From assembly GCA_040876265.1 (NCBI GenBank), contig JBBDPN010000001.1, positions 438,208 to 502,207 of the forward strand: a DNA stretch of 64,000 bases. The letters are read 5' to 3'. A program made the translations under genes and the position numbers. The notes beneath the pieces were generated by a model, which was not told where the DNA came from, did no database searches, and saw only the letters and a list, made by a program, of their open reading frames with translations. This document shows, piece by piece, positions 1 through 7,700 of the stretch (positions are counted from its first letter, which is position 1; each line of letters begins with the position of its first letter). This stretch comes from Candidatus Woykebacteria bacterium (GTDB lineage: Bacteria > Patescibacteriota > Microgenomatia > Woykebacterales > RBG-16-39-9b).

Positions 1-1198
1 CCAAAAGAATCAAAATATCCTTGAAGCATCTTTTATTTTAATAGAACACATAGGTGAAGATGCATTTTTCAAAGAAATATCGGAGTTATTTCCCGAAAAA
101 AAGGATTTTTTACCAAAAGAAATTAACGAGTTAACATTAAAAGACTTTTTTATAAAAACCTCACACTTAAAAAGTAATTACTTAAGCCCCGGTTTTATGG
201 CGAATCCCCCGGACCGCTTAGATGGATTCCATGATTACGGCATTTGTTGTCGTAAAAAGAGTGATCCTGGTAGGTCTGATGAGAATATGCGTACATATAG
301 TCATGATCGAAGAGCGTTTAAATGGTGGGCTGAGGGAGATTGGATAGTTGCCGATGAGCTTTATAATAATGCTGGTAAAGGGAAATGTGCTAGGTGTGGT
401 AGAGAAATTGAAAAGGTAAGTCCCGATCATATCGGACCGTTAGCTTGCGGTTTTAAGCACATTCCGATATTTGCAGCACTATGCAATTCGTGTAATTCTG
501 CAAAAAACAGAAGGTTTAACTTGCAAGATATTAAGGAACTTCTAAAATATGAAGGTCAAACTGGTTCGTCCGTAGCATCATGGCAGGTAAAGGCATTGTG
601 GGACTCTACAAAGAGCCTTATCAAAGACGATGACGAAGCAAAGGTTCTAGGTAATTTAATGAGGAGTTTACAAGACTACTATCTTAGAGTTCTTCATAGA
701 CTATACGAGAAGGGCATGGCTTTACCATTATCCTACTTGCTTAGTCCTGATAACGCACTTTTCTCCGTAACTTTTGTTGATCTTGACACTGCTACTCTAA
801 AGTATTCCTCGTTTTCAAAAATTCCACTAAATACAAAAGGTAGAAATAGTTTGGCATCACGAGTTATTAGAATTGCATTTGAAGAGTTAGAAAGTTACTC
901 ATCTAAAGAAGTATCCGTTAGAAAGCTAGCAAAGATTTACGAAAATGACTGGAGTAACGATCTTACCTCAATCATTGAAACATCATCAGTATATTCTGAG
1001 GATGATAGAGTTAAAGAGTGGGATCAAGTTATTCGAGTAGATAAAAAATCTAGCATAGAAGACAAGGAGGGAAAAATTACTTTTCTACTTGATGACACTT
1101 ATCAAGAAAGTAGAAGCCATTATGCTAATTTAATAAACATCATCATGTTGCACTTTGATCAAGTGGGTAAGAAAGTTGCTGAATTGTTAATAAACTAA
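1..1198 (+). CDS. HNH-motif restriction endonuclease (R component of adjacent R-M system); 5'-partial, frame open to window start
   Basis: Reading frame is open from nt 2 to the stop at 1198 (65 codons without a stop upstream of the first ATG at 197, and there is no SD before that ATG). HNH/ββα-Me-like signature CARCGREIEKVSPDHIGPLACGF...NSCNSAKNRRF (CxxC..DH..N..CxxCN). Convergent with the m5C MTase, with a 4-nt stop overlap. Confidence 0.55.
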   Translation, partial: QKNQNILEASFILIEHIGEDAFFKEISELFPEKKDFLPKEINELTLKDFFIKTSHLKSNYLSPGFMANPPDRLDGFHDYGICCRKKSDPGRSDENMRTYSHDRRAFKWWAEGDWIVADELYNNAGKGKCARCGREIEKVSPDHIGPLACGFKHIPIFAALCNSCNSAKNRRFNLQDIKELLKYEGQTGSSVASWQVKALWDSTKSLIKDDDEAKVLGNLMRSLQDYYLRVLHRLYEKGMALPLSYLLSPDNALFSVTFVDLDTATLKYSSFSKIPLNTKGRNSLASRVIRIAFEELESYSSKEVSVRKLAKIYENDWSNDLTSIIETSSVYSEDDRVKEWDQVIRVDKKSSIEDKEGKITFLLDDTYQESRSHYANLINIIMLHFDQVGKKVAELLIN

Positions 1199-2412
1199 GC
1201 ACCTCTTATTGAGAAAAACTCTTCTACACTTATTTCTCCTCTACACCATGCCGAGTATGTTTTGTCTATCTTTTCTGGATTAGGGTAATATTTGTTTATT
1301 TTATCAACTAAATTTGGTAGATCCCATAACGCTTCAGCTACTGTAATCGGGTATTTTAAAATAGGATTGTTTATATGCTCTCTAGTTTCTCTTCGACCAT
1401 AACACTTATCGAAGAGCGGCTTTGGTGGTAGAGGTAGCTGGTTTCCTTTTTTTGTGGCAATAATAACTACTCTTCTCCTCATTTGAGGTATCCCGTATTG
1501 TTCAGATTGAAGCACGAACGGCTTAGGGTAGTGTATATAGCCTAAATCATCTAATGTTTTAAGAATTCCAGAAAGTACCTCGCCTTTATCCATGCTTAAT
1601 AGTCCTTCAACATTTTCAATCAAGACATTCTCTGGTTCAAGCTTTTGAATCATTTTAAGAAAGTATACAACTAGGGAGTTTCTTTTATCATCTTGTTTTC
1701 TCCAACCAGCATGCGAAAATCCTTGACAAGGGGGCCCACCTGCTAAAAGGCCTAACTTACTTTTTTTAAGTTTAGCTTTAATAGCTTTAATAAGTTCTTC
1801 TTGGACTAACTCATCAGTTATATCTCCAGCGATTAATACTGGTTTTTTTGAATGATTCTTTTCAAATGTAGAAAGAAATGTCTTATCAATTTCTTGAGCT
1901 GCGATACAATCAAGACCAGCCATTTCTAATCCAAGACTTAACCCTCCTGCACCTGCAAACAAATCCACAAACGATTGTTTTTTTAGTGCTTTTCCTACTG
2001 CATAGCCAACTAATGGTGGAACTGCATTTCCTATTTGCTTTCTTACAGACGCTTCTGAACCTAAGAATTCAAAATAATCTGGAAATGATTGTAACCTTGC
2101 AGCTTCTCTTGAGGTTAAAGTTCTATGTTCCCAAGGGTGAATGTTGGTCCCATTCCCAGGTCGATTAAAATATGTTGAAATTGTATATGCGGGTTGATCA
2201 GTGCGAAGCCTTCCGTAATATGTTGTTCTTACAACACCTCTTTGCCTCGACATTTCCCTAATTTGTTCTAATCTTTTTGATGGAATCTCTTCAGATATGT
2301 CCATCCAGTTACCACCTTGTGTTACATATTCAATCATCGCCGAATCAACCACCGATAATTTAGGTAGTAAATGGTTATACAAGATGTCAGGTGTTTGCTT
2401 AGACATACTCAT
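1195..2412 (-). CDS. DNA (cytosine-5)-methyltransferase, circularly permuted motif order
   Basis: Motif I DLFAGAGGLSLG, motif IV GGPPCQGFS, motif VI ENVEGLL and motif VIII QMRRRVVII are present. The motif IX/X-like region (TLTSREAARLQSFPDYFEF...QIGNAVPP) lies N-terminal to motif I. Confidence 0.85.
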   Translation of the reverse strand: MSMSKQTPDILYNHLLPKLSVVDSAMIEYVTQGGNWMDISEEIPSKRLEQIREMSRQRGVVRTTYYGRLRTDQPAYTISTYFNRPGNGTNIHPWEHRTLTSREAARLQSFPDYFEFLGSEASVRKQIGNAVPPLVGYAVGKALKKQSFVDLFAGAGGLSLGLEMAGLDCIAAQEIDKTFLSTFEKNHSKKPVLIAGDITDELVQEELIKAIKAKLKKSKLGLLAGGPPCQGFSHAGWRKQDDKRNSLVVYFLKMIQKLEPENVLIENVEGLLSMDKGEVLSGILKTLDDLGYIHYPKPFVLQSEQYGIPQMRRRVVIIATKKGNQLPLPPKPLFDKCYGRRETREHINNPILKYPITVAEALWDLPNLVDKINKYYPNPEKIDKTYSAWCRGEISVEEFFSIRGA

Positions 2413-4408
2413 TGCTGTATTGGTTCAGTAGAACGTTTGCATCTTTAAAACTTAAATCTTTTAGTACAATTTGAAAATCATCATTGCTAAGCTTGTAAGA
2501 CTTGGCTACTAGTATTTCTAGTTTATACAAATCTAACTCATTCCTAGTGGTTAAATATTCTTTGGCAGTTTTAAGAATTAGTTCCTTTAATATAAATGGA
2601 AGCTTTGTGAAATCGACTATGGGCAATTCATCAATTTCATAATTCGCAATGTGGTTATTAGAATTAAATAGTCTAAACCTCCATTCCACAACAAAACTGT
2701 TCAGATAAACACAATACATGAGAAGCCTATCTATTGAATCCTCAGGTATATTATTTTGATCAAGGATTAAATAGTTACATGAGTTAGATATGACGCTATT
2801 TGGAGGTACAAGACAGGCCTCAATTCTTTTATGTTTTTGCATATAGGTGCATTGAGGCAATGCAATTCGCCAATTTGGTATATGTTGTATTTTTTCACTA
2901 TTACCAAGTCTTTGAAAAAAAATATATGAATCGACATAACCATCTTTTCCCGACTGTTCTGGTTCTTTTAGAAGATATTGTTTTATATGATCTCCTCTAA
3001 CCAATCTCACACCTTCTTTTTCTTTTCTAATCAGATCTTTATTGAATGTTAGATCAAATTCTCCTCGTAAATTACTAATATTGCGGTGCTTAGATAAACT
3101 ATCGCTCAAGTGAAGTTTTGTAAGTAAATCTCCTCTGGAGTTGCCATATCGGGGTATACGTAACCAACTTGGACTGAATTGATGTATTTTTTCTATATCT
3201 AAATCATGAACATCTTCTTGTAGATCTTTTATTGAAGAAATGTCTGCTTTAATTTTAATTCCTTTACTTTCCATACCTGCTTTTATCAAAAGTACACTTG
3301 TTGGTTGGTTTACTCCTGGGAACATTCCAGCAGTTTCCTTAAAATTCCATATTTCTTCAAATCCATGACTTTCAAAAATATGTTTTCGAAGGCCTTTTCC
3401 ACTTTTGTCTGATAACCATGATGTTGGAGAAATCGCAACTAAAGTCCCTCCCTTTTTTAACAATCGTATAGAACTACCTATAAATAGGGTGGCATATTCT
3501 GGAGTATCTTTTCCAAGACCAATATCTTGGAATTTCTTTCTGTATTCTTGAGCACTACTAATATGTTCTTTGCGGAATAGCTCTTTCAAACGAGTAGAAT
3601 CATCAGTATTTAATCCAGTTTTTGTCTCAAAGTTAGTTAGATTAGAGGCAATAAATCTAATTCGTCCATAAGGTGGGTTCATAATTATGGCATCTACTTT
3701 ATCAATTTTCAAACTTTGGTTAATGTCAGCTGATATAAAATCCAAGAAATTCATAGTAAGAACATTAACTGTTGTGTTTATTTTTAAATCATCACTAATT
3801 TGATGAAGTAGTTGCTTTGTTATGCTGGATGTAAAAGGATCGACCTCTATAGCAGTTATCTTCTCTATTTTTGGATTTAACACTAACGAAACAGCAAGCA
3901 GTGTCCCTGATCCACATGCTGGATCTAAAATACTTTTTAAATTCAGATCACTTCTTAACATAAGTTTTGACATTTCTATGGCAAGTGATACTGGGGTAAA
4001 GAAGTACCCATATTTTTTTGATGCAGCTAAGTTTTTCTCCTTTTTGTCTGGGTTATGAGGATCTATAAAATCTCTTCCGCTCAACTCTAGTAAGTACCCA
4101 ACTATGCCAATTTTCTCAAAAGGTTGTCTGTCTGATGACAAGACTTCGTTTACTGACCGAATAGTTAAAAACTGAGAGAATGAGAGTTTCTGTAAGCACT
4201 TATCAAAAGTGGATCTCTCTAAAAAGGTTTCTAGCAAGGTGCCTTTAATATCAGCACTTGCTTGAATATCGTTATAATGCAAAAGAAATTCTGGCGCAAG
4301 TAATTTTGCGAAAGTAGACCTAATTAATTTAGCTTCTTTAAGAAGAGACTCGTCAAATTTTTTATCCAAATTGTAATTCAAGTCGTCTTTTTTCATGACA
4401 GTTTTCAA
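2399..4408 (-). CDS. N6-adenine DNA methyltransferase (gamma-class, Eco57I-family-like) with large C-terminal target-recognition region
   Basis: SAM motif I LDPACGSGTLL; catalytic motif IV IIMNPPYG. The 669-aa protein overlaps the m5C MTase by 14 nt, consistent with an operon. Confidence 0.8.
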   Translation of the reverse strand: MKTVMKKDDLNYNLDKKFDESLLKEAKLIRSTFAKLLAPEFLLHYNDIQASADIKGTLLETFLERSTFDKCLQKLSFSQFLTIRSVNEVLSSDRQPFEKIGIVGYLLELSGRDFIDPHNPDKKEKNLAASKKYGYFFTPVSLAIEMSKLMLRSDLNLKSILDPACGSGTLLAVSLVLNPKIEKITAIEVDPFTSSITKQLLHQISDDLKINTTVNVLTMNFLDFISADINQSLKIDKVDAIIMNPPYGRIRFIASNLTNFETKTGLNTDDSTRLKELFRKEHISSAQEYRKKFQDIGLGKDTPEYATLFIGSSIRLLKKGGTLVAISPTSWLSDKSGKGLRKHIFESHGFEEIWNFKETAGMFPGVNQPTSVLLIKAGMESKGIKIKADISSIKDLQEDVHDLDIEKIHQFSPSWLRIPRYGNSRGDLLTKLHLSDSLSKHRNISNLRGEFDLTFNKDLIRKEKEGVRLVRGDHIKQYLLKEPEQSGKDGYVDSYIFFQRLGNSEKIQHIPNWRIALPQCTYMQKHKRIEACLVPPNSVISNSCNYLILDQNNIPEDSIDRLLMYCVYLNSFVVEWRFRLFNSNNHIANYEIDELPIVDFTKLPFILKELILKTAKEYLTTRNELDLYKLEILVAKSYKLSNDDFQIVLKDLSFKDANVLLNQYSNEYV

Positions 4409-4457
4409 AACACTTTCTCTATCCTATTAATTATGGCGAAATCTAAACTTAATTGCT

Positions 4458-5078
4458 TCAACCATTTCTAATTAAACCAACAAATTTCCCTTTGACTTCT
4501 ATATCACCGTAATCAAACTGCTTTGGCCAATCTTGAAGATTTGGATTTTCTGCTCTTAATTCAATTTTATCGCCCAAGTTGTAGAATTTCTTTAAAGTGG
4601 CCTTTTCGTTTCCCTCATTTAGCACTGCCACAACTATGTCGCCATCTTGAGCCATATTTTGGTATTTTACGATTATCGTATCCCCATCTCTTATATCTTC
4701 CCCAACCATACTTACACCTTCCACGTTTAATGCGTAGTGTCTGCCAGAACCGGACAAGAGATTTTCTGGAACCTGGATAGTTACGGGATTTTCAATAGGT
4801 TCTATACCAGACCCTGCCGATATCTTGCCGAGCAAAGGTACCTCGCTGAGATTTTCGGATTTGCCAAACACCCCGATACTCCTAACAGGTTTATCCAGTT
4901 TCTTTAGGAACCCTTTCCTTCTAAGTTCTGAAATATGTTTGTGGGCTGTGGAAACGGAATTTATACTGATCTTGTCTCTCACATCTTTTAGCGTGGGAGC
5001 GAAACCCTTCTCAGAGTAGTAGCTTTCTATATATTTTAGGACTTCACGCTGTTTTGGAGTTAACTGGTCTATTGACAT
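4458..5078 (-). CDS. lexA: LexA repressor (wHTH + S24 peptidase)
   Basis: The N-terminal wHTH, the GKISAGSGIEP hinge/cleavage region, the GVSM Ser nucleophile and the KATLKKF Lys are all present. The 206-aa length is typical. Confidence 0.9.
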   Translation of the reverse strand: MSIDQLTPKQREVLKYIESYYSEKGFAPTLKDVRDKISINSVSTAHKHISELRRKGFLKKLDKPVRSIGVFGKSENLSEVPLLGKISAGSGIEPIENPVTIQVPENLLSGSGRHYALNVEGVSMVGEDIRDGDTIIVKYQNMAQDGDIVVAVLNEGNEKATLKKFYNLGDKIELRAENPNLQDWPKQFDYGDIEVKGKFVGLIRNG

Positions 5079-5106
5079 GATGTGGCAAGCAATTTATACT
5101 TTATGC

Positions 5107-5147
5107 GAAACTGTTTCTATTATAGGGAGAAACAGTAATATTGTCAA
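5107..5147 (-). promoter_or_regulatory. lexA promoter (-35 TTGACA, 17-nt spacer, -10 TATAAT) with putative LexA operator palindromes
   Basis: On the minus strand the sequence reads gcTTGACAatattactgtttctcccTATAATagaaacagtttcg. GAAACaGTTTC (plus coordinates 5107-5117) is a perfect 11-bp palindrome. ACTGTTTC...GAAACAGT (5129-5136) forms an inverted repeat flanking the -10. The -35 region is shared with the divergent promoter of the 5211 gene. Confidence 0.5.
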
Positions 5148-5210
5148 GCTCGGAGGATCCCAACTGATATCCTTCCTATTATATTTTACATCGGTTGAGA
5201 AAGGACAAAC

Positions 5211-5495
5211 ATGTCTGTAAAAATAAGCTGTATAAATAAGGACGACAGGTACAACCCATATGAGGCTATAACTCATGTTGGAGGCAAGAATTCTGACGGT
5301 AGTAGGTGGAAGTTTACCAGACAACAGGCTATACAGGCGATTGAGAACAATGAATATCAGTTTTACGTTGATGTAAATAACGATCCGGTAAAGGTTGTCG
5401 TTGCTACCAGCTCTTATGGTAATAAGTATCTTAAAACGGCAGCGGATGGGGATGTACCTAACAACCTACTTTCATTACCAGAGTGTCCAATTTAA
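5211..5495 (+). CDS. DUF3892-family small protein
   Basis: The sequence ITHVGG...W..T...AI..IE...FYV...V.VV.....YL.T..D....NNLL.LP matches the DUF3892 pattern. SD GAAAGGA precedes the ATG. The gene is divergent from lexA. Confidence 0.6.
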   Translation: MSVKISCINKDDRYNPYEAITHVGGKNSDGSRWKFTRQQAIQAIENNEYQFYVDVNNDPVKVVVATSSYGNKYLKTAADGDVPNNLLSLPECPI

Positions 5496-5509
5496 GGGAG
5501 GTGACATTT

Positions 5510-5824
5510 ATGGATGAACAAAAGGCACTATCACGGGGTAAATACGAAATGAAAAAGGAAGAACTTCGGGAATTGAAGGATTTGCTAAAAACACAAGCCG
5601 AAGAGATATCAGAGAATGTGGAAGCTGCTTCTAATTTTCCGACAGTAGCTTATATAGGAAGAAAGAGTGAGCTGCTCCAGGATGTGTTACTGTTTGGGGC
5701 TAATCCCACAGAAACTCATTTAGATGAATTGAGTAATAAGGTAAATACCTTTGTTGAAGACGTGAAAAAATACCAAGAAATTAATAAAGAGGCACTTTCT
5801 TTTGCAAAGGAAGCTGGAATATAA
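5510..5824 (+). CDS. hypothetical coiled-coil protein (104 aa)
   Basis: SD AGGGAGGTG is followed by an ATG at 5510. The ORF overlaps the end of the preceding gene. The protein is charged and helical. Confidence 0.45.
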   Translation: MDEQKALSRGKYEMKKEELRELKDLLKTQAEEISENVEAASNFPTVAYIGRKSELLQDVLLFGANPTETHLDELSNKVNTFVEDVKKYQEINKEALSFAKEAGI

Positions 5825-5846
5825 ATAGAAAGGCGGTGAAAAATAA

Positions 5847-6032
5847 ATGGAGTCTTTAATAGAGATAATAATAAGTATAGTTTTAGCATCCTCTATTTCA
5901 ATTTTATTCACTATTAAGTACACACAAAACAAAATCAAAAATGAGATAGGAAAGTTGCAAAACCAGGGAGGACCAAATATAGCTGGGAATGTTATATCAG
6001 GAAATCGACGAGACGGAATATCTGTTAAGTAA
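5847..6032 (+). CDS. small membrane protein (61 aa, one TM helix)
   Basis: SD AAGGCGGTG precedes the ATG. The N-terminal segment IEIIISIVLASSISILFTI is hydrophobic. Confidence 0.45.
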   Translation: MESLIEIIISIVLASSISILFTIKYTQNKIKNEIGKLQNQGGPNIAGNVISGNRRDGISVK

Positions 6033-6068
6033 ATTTTCTTGACAGTTCTAGGCTAGCAAGCTTAAAAT
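6033..6068 (+). promoter_or_regulatory. sigma70-type promoter TTTCTTGACA-N17-TTAAAAT
   Basis: The -35 TTGACA lies at 6039-6044, followed by a 17-nt spacer and a -10 TTAAAAT. It sits directly upstream of the GTG start at 6094. Confidence 0.5.
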
Positions 6069-6093
6069 CCTCCGTGGACCAAGCCAAGAAAAA

Positions 6094-6502
6094 GTGAACA
6101 TTAGAGTTTTAGGAGGAATCAGAGCTGGAGCTCCTATTTTTGCCCAAGAACAGCATGGTGAAAGCCTGCAAGTTGCTAGGAGCAAATTATCTATAATCCA
6201 TGATGACTTGTTTGCTCTTAAAGTTAGGGGGGACAGCATGATTAGGGAGAATATATTTGATGGGGATTTTGCAATAATTTCCCCCCCCCCAACCTACTAC
6301 CGAGAATGGAGATATTGTAATTGCTCTTTTGGGAGATGAGGCAACACTCAAAAAGTTTCACAAGTTCGATTCGTACATTGCGCTTTTACCCGAAAATCCT
6401 AACTACGATCCTATTATTGTGAAAGAAGACCAAGAATTAATAATACAGGGCAAATTAGTTGCAAAACTTTCTCCATCAGAAATAAAGACAAAGTTTTCTT
6501 GA
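6094..6502 (+). pseudogene. LexA-like S24 peptidase lacking a DNA-binding domain (UmuD-like), frame-split at a C10 homopolymer
   Basis: The N-terminal part (VLGGIRAGAP...ALKVRGDSM...GDFAIISPP) runs in frame 1. The C-terminal part (PTTENGDIVIALLGDEATLKKF...LLPENPNYDPIIV...) runs in the +1 frame after the C-run at 6281-6290. A 9-C tract would give one continuous ~135-aa S24 peptidase. Its C-terminal region is closely similar to that of the adjacent lexA. Confidence 0.6.
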
Positions 6503-6550
6503 CATTTCAAACAATCTGCTATTGTACTTTGTACTCGAATAAGTTATAAT
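6499..6550 (+). promoter_or_regulatory. promoter region for the HD-domain gene (TTCTTGACA -35 plus a downstream TTGTAC-N17-TATAAT)
   Basis: TTGACA at 6499-6504 overlaps the TGA stop of the preceding gene. A perfect -10 TATAAT lies at 6545-6550. Confidence 0.4.
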
Positions 6551-6651
6551 TATTATGGCTTTAGCGTTCGCCTTCTAGAAGCGGAGTCCATTGCAGCCAA
6601 TTTATCATTATTTTGATAAACGGCTGTTTTTGTCGTTTTAAGGAGGTAAAA

Positions 6652-7500
6652 ATGAAGTTTAAATCATATGCAAAGATAATTGATTACTATGATTACGAAA
6701 AGGAACAATTATTAGAGTGTCCGGTGTGCAGTTGGAGAGGAAAAGCCAAAGATGGGAACATGGACTACTCTGATGATTTGTTTGATCTAAGTTGTCCAAA
6801 ATGCAACCAGATGGTACTTGTTGTTTCTTATCCTTTGATGGAAGATGTAAAAAGAGAATATGCAAAGGGTAATCCGAAAGTAGATGAAGTAGATTTTATG
6901 ACAGTAAAGCTAATCGAGCAAACAAGGGAGAATATGAAGCAAAAAATTAAGCTGGCAACATCGTTCGCCTACAAAGTTCATCAAGTCGATCGATTTCAGA
7001 CCAGGAAAGGAAAAGAAGTCCCCTATATTCTCCATCCCCTTTCGGTTGCAAACAGACTTTCGAGAGTTGGTGCTAGTCAGGAAATAATTATGGCGGGGAT
7101 CTTGCACGATACGATCGAAGATAGCACAGAAGAAAATAAAATCAGCAAGGAAGATTTGGTAAGAGAGTTTGGGGAAGTTATTGCCCGTATGGTCAACGAT
7201 GTTACCGAACAAGACAAAAGGTTGCCTTGGGAGGAAAGGAAGACCGCGGCACTCGCTCATATCCCAAATATGCAGCATGATAGTCTTTTGGTCAAAAGCG
7301 CCGATGTTCTCGACAATCTTTCCGATCAGATAGCAGATTACAAAGTTGTCGGAGACAAAATGTTTGAAAATTTCAACGCACCTCTGCCAGAGCAAAAGAA
7401 AATGAACCAAAGAAGAATTGAGGAGATTGAGAAAGCCTGGCCACAAAATCCCATGCTAGCGGAATTAAAAGATTTGCAAGAAAAATTCCAAAAACTTTGA
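6652..7500 (+). CDS. Zn-ribbon + HD-domain protein, SpoT/Mesh1-like small alarmone ((p)ppGpp) hydrolase family
   Basis: SD AAGGAGG lies 6 nt before the ATG at 6652. The N-terminus carries CPVCSW...CPKCN. The HD region HPLSVANRL...ILHDTIEDS...FGEVIARMVNDVTE...LLVKSADVLDNLS resembles the RelA/SpoT hydrolase domain. Confidence 0.55.
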   Translation: MKFKSYAKIIDYYDYEKEQLLECPVCSWRGKAKDGNMDYSDDLFDLSCPKCNQMVLVVSYPLMEDVKREYAKGNPKVDEVDFMTVKLIEQTRENMKQKIKLATSFAYKVHQVDRFQTRKGKEVPYILHPLSVANRLSRVGASQEIIMAGILHDTIEDSTEENKISKEDLVREFGEVIARMVNDVTEQDKRLPWEERKTAALAHIPNMQHDSLLVKSADVLDNLSDQIADYKVVGDKMFENFNAPLPEQKKMNQRRIEEIEKAWPQNPMLAELKDLQEKFQKL

Positions 7501-7505
7501 TTTTC

Positions 7506-7534
7506 TTGACGGGGTGGGATAAAGAGACTAAACT
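7506..7534 (+). promoter_or_regulatory. promoter TTGACG-N17-TAAACT
   Basis: Same extended -35 (TTTTCTTGAC). The predicted transcription start is about 5 nt before the ATG at 7547. Confidence 0.45.
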
Positions 7535-7546
7535 GATTGTACTGCC

Positions 7547-7669
7547 ATGCAAAACGAAAATCTCCTTACCTCTATAATCACTTTCATCAGTTTATACGCT
7601 GTCTTTGTTGTTCGCCGCGAACTCGCCTTTTTTGAAGCTGTCTCTTCTTTTCTCAAACGAAATTCTTGA
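7547..7669 (+). CDS. putative leaderless 40-aa hydrophobic peptide
   Basis: The ORF (MQNENLLTSIITFISLYAVFVVRRELAFFEAVSSFLKRNS) begins about 13 nt after the -10. It has no SD. Its TGA stop lies inside the next TTCTTGACA box. Confidence 0.3.
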   Translation: MQNENLLTSIITFISLYAVFVVRRELAFFEAVSSFLKRNS

Positions 7670-7694
7670 CAGGTGCGGATATTGATCATATTTT
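7666..7694 (+). promoter_or_regulatory. promoter TTGACA-N17-TATTTT
   Basis: The ATG at 7701 lies 7 nt after the -10, suggesting a leaderless transcript. Confidence 0.45.
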
Positions 7695-7700
7695 AGAGCC

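Noticed and set aside
6613-6651. Upstream ATG (6613) as start of the HD-domain gene
   Set aside because: A strong SD (AAGGAGG) is positioned for the ATG at 6652. The 13 upstream codons (MINGCFCRFKEVK) lack an SD.
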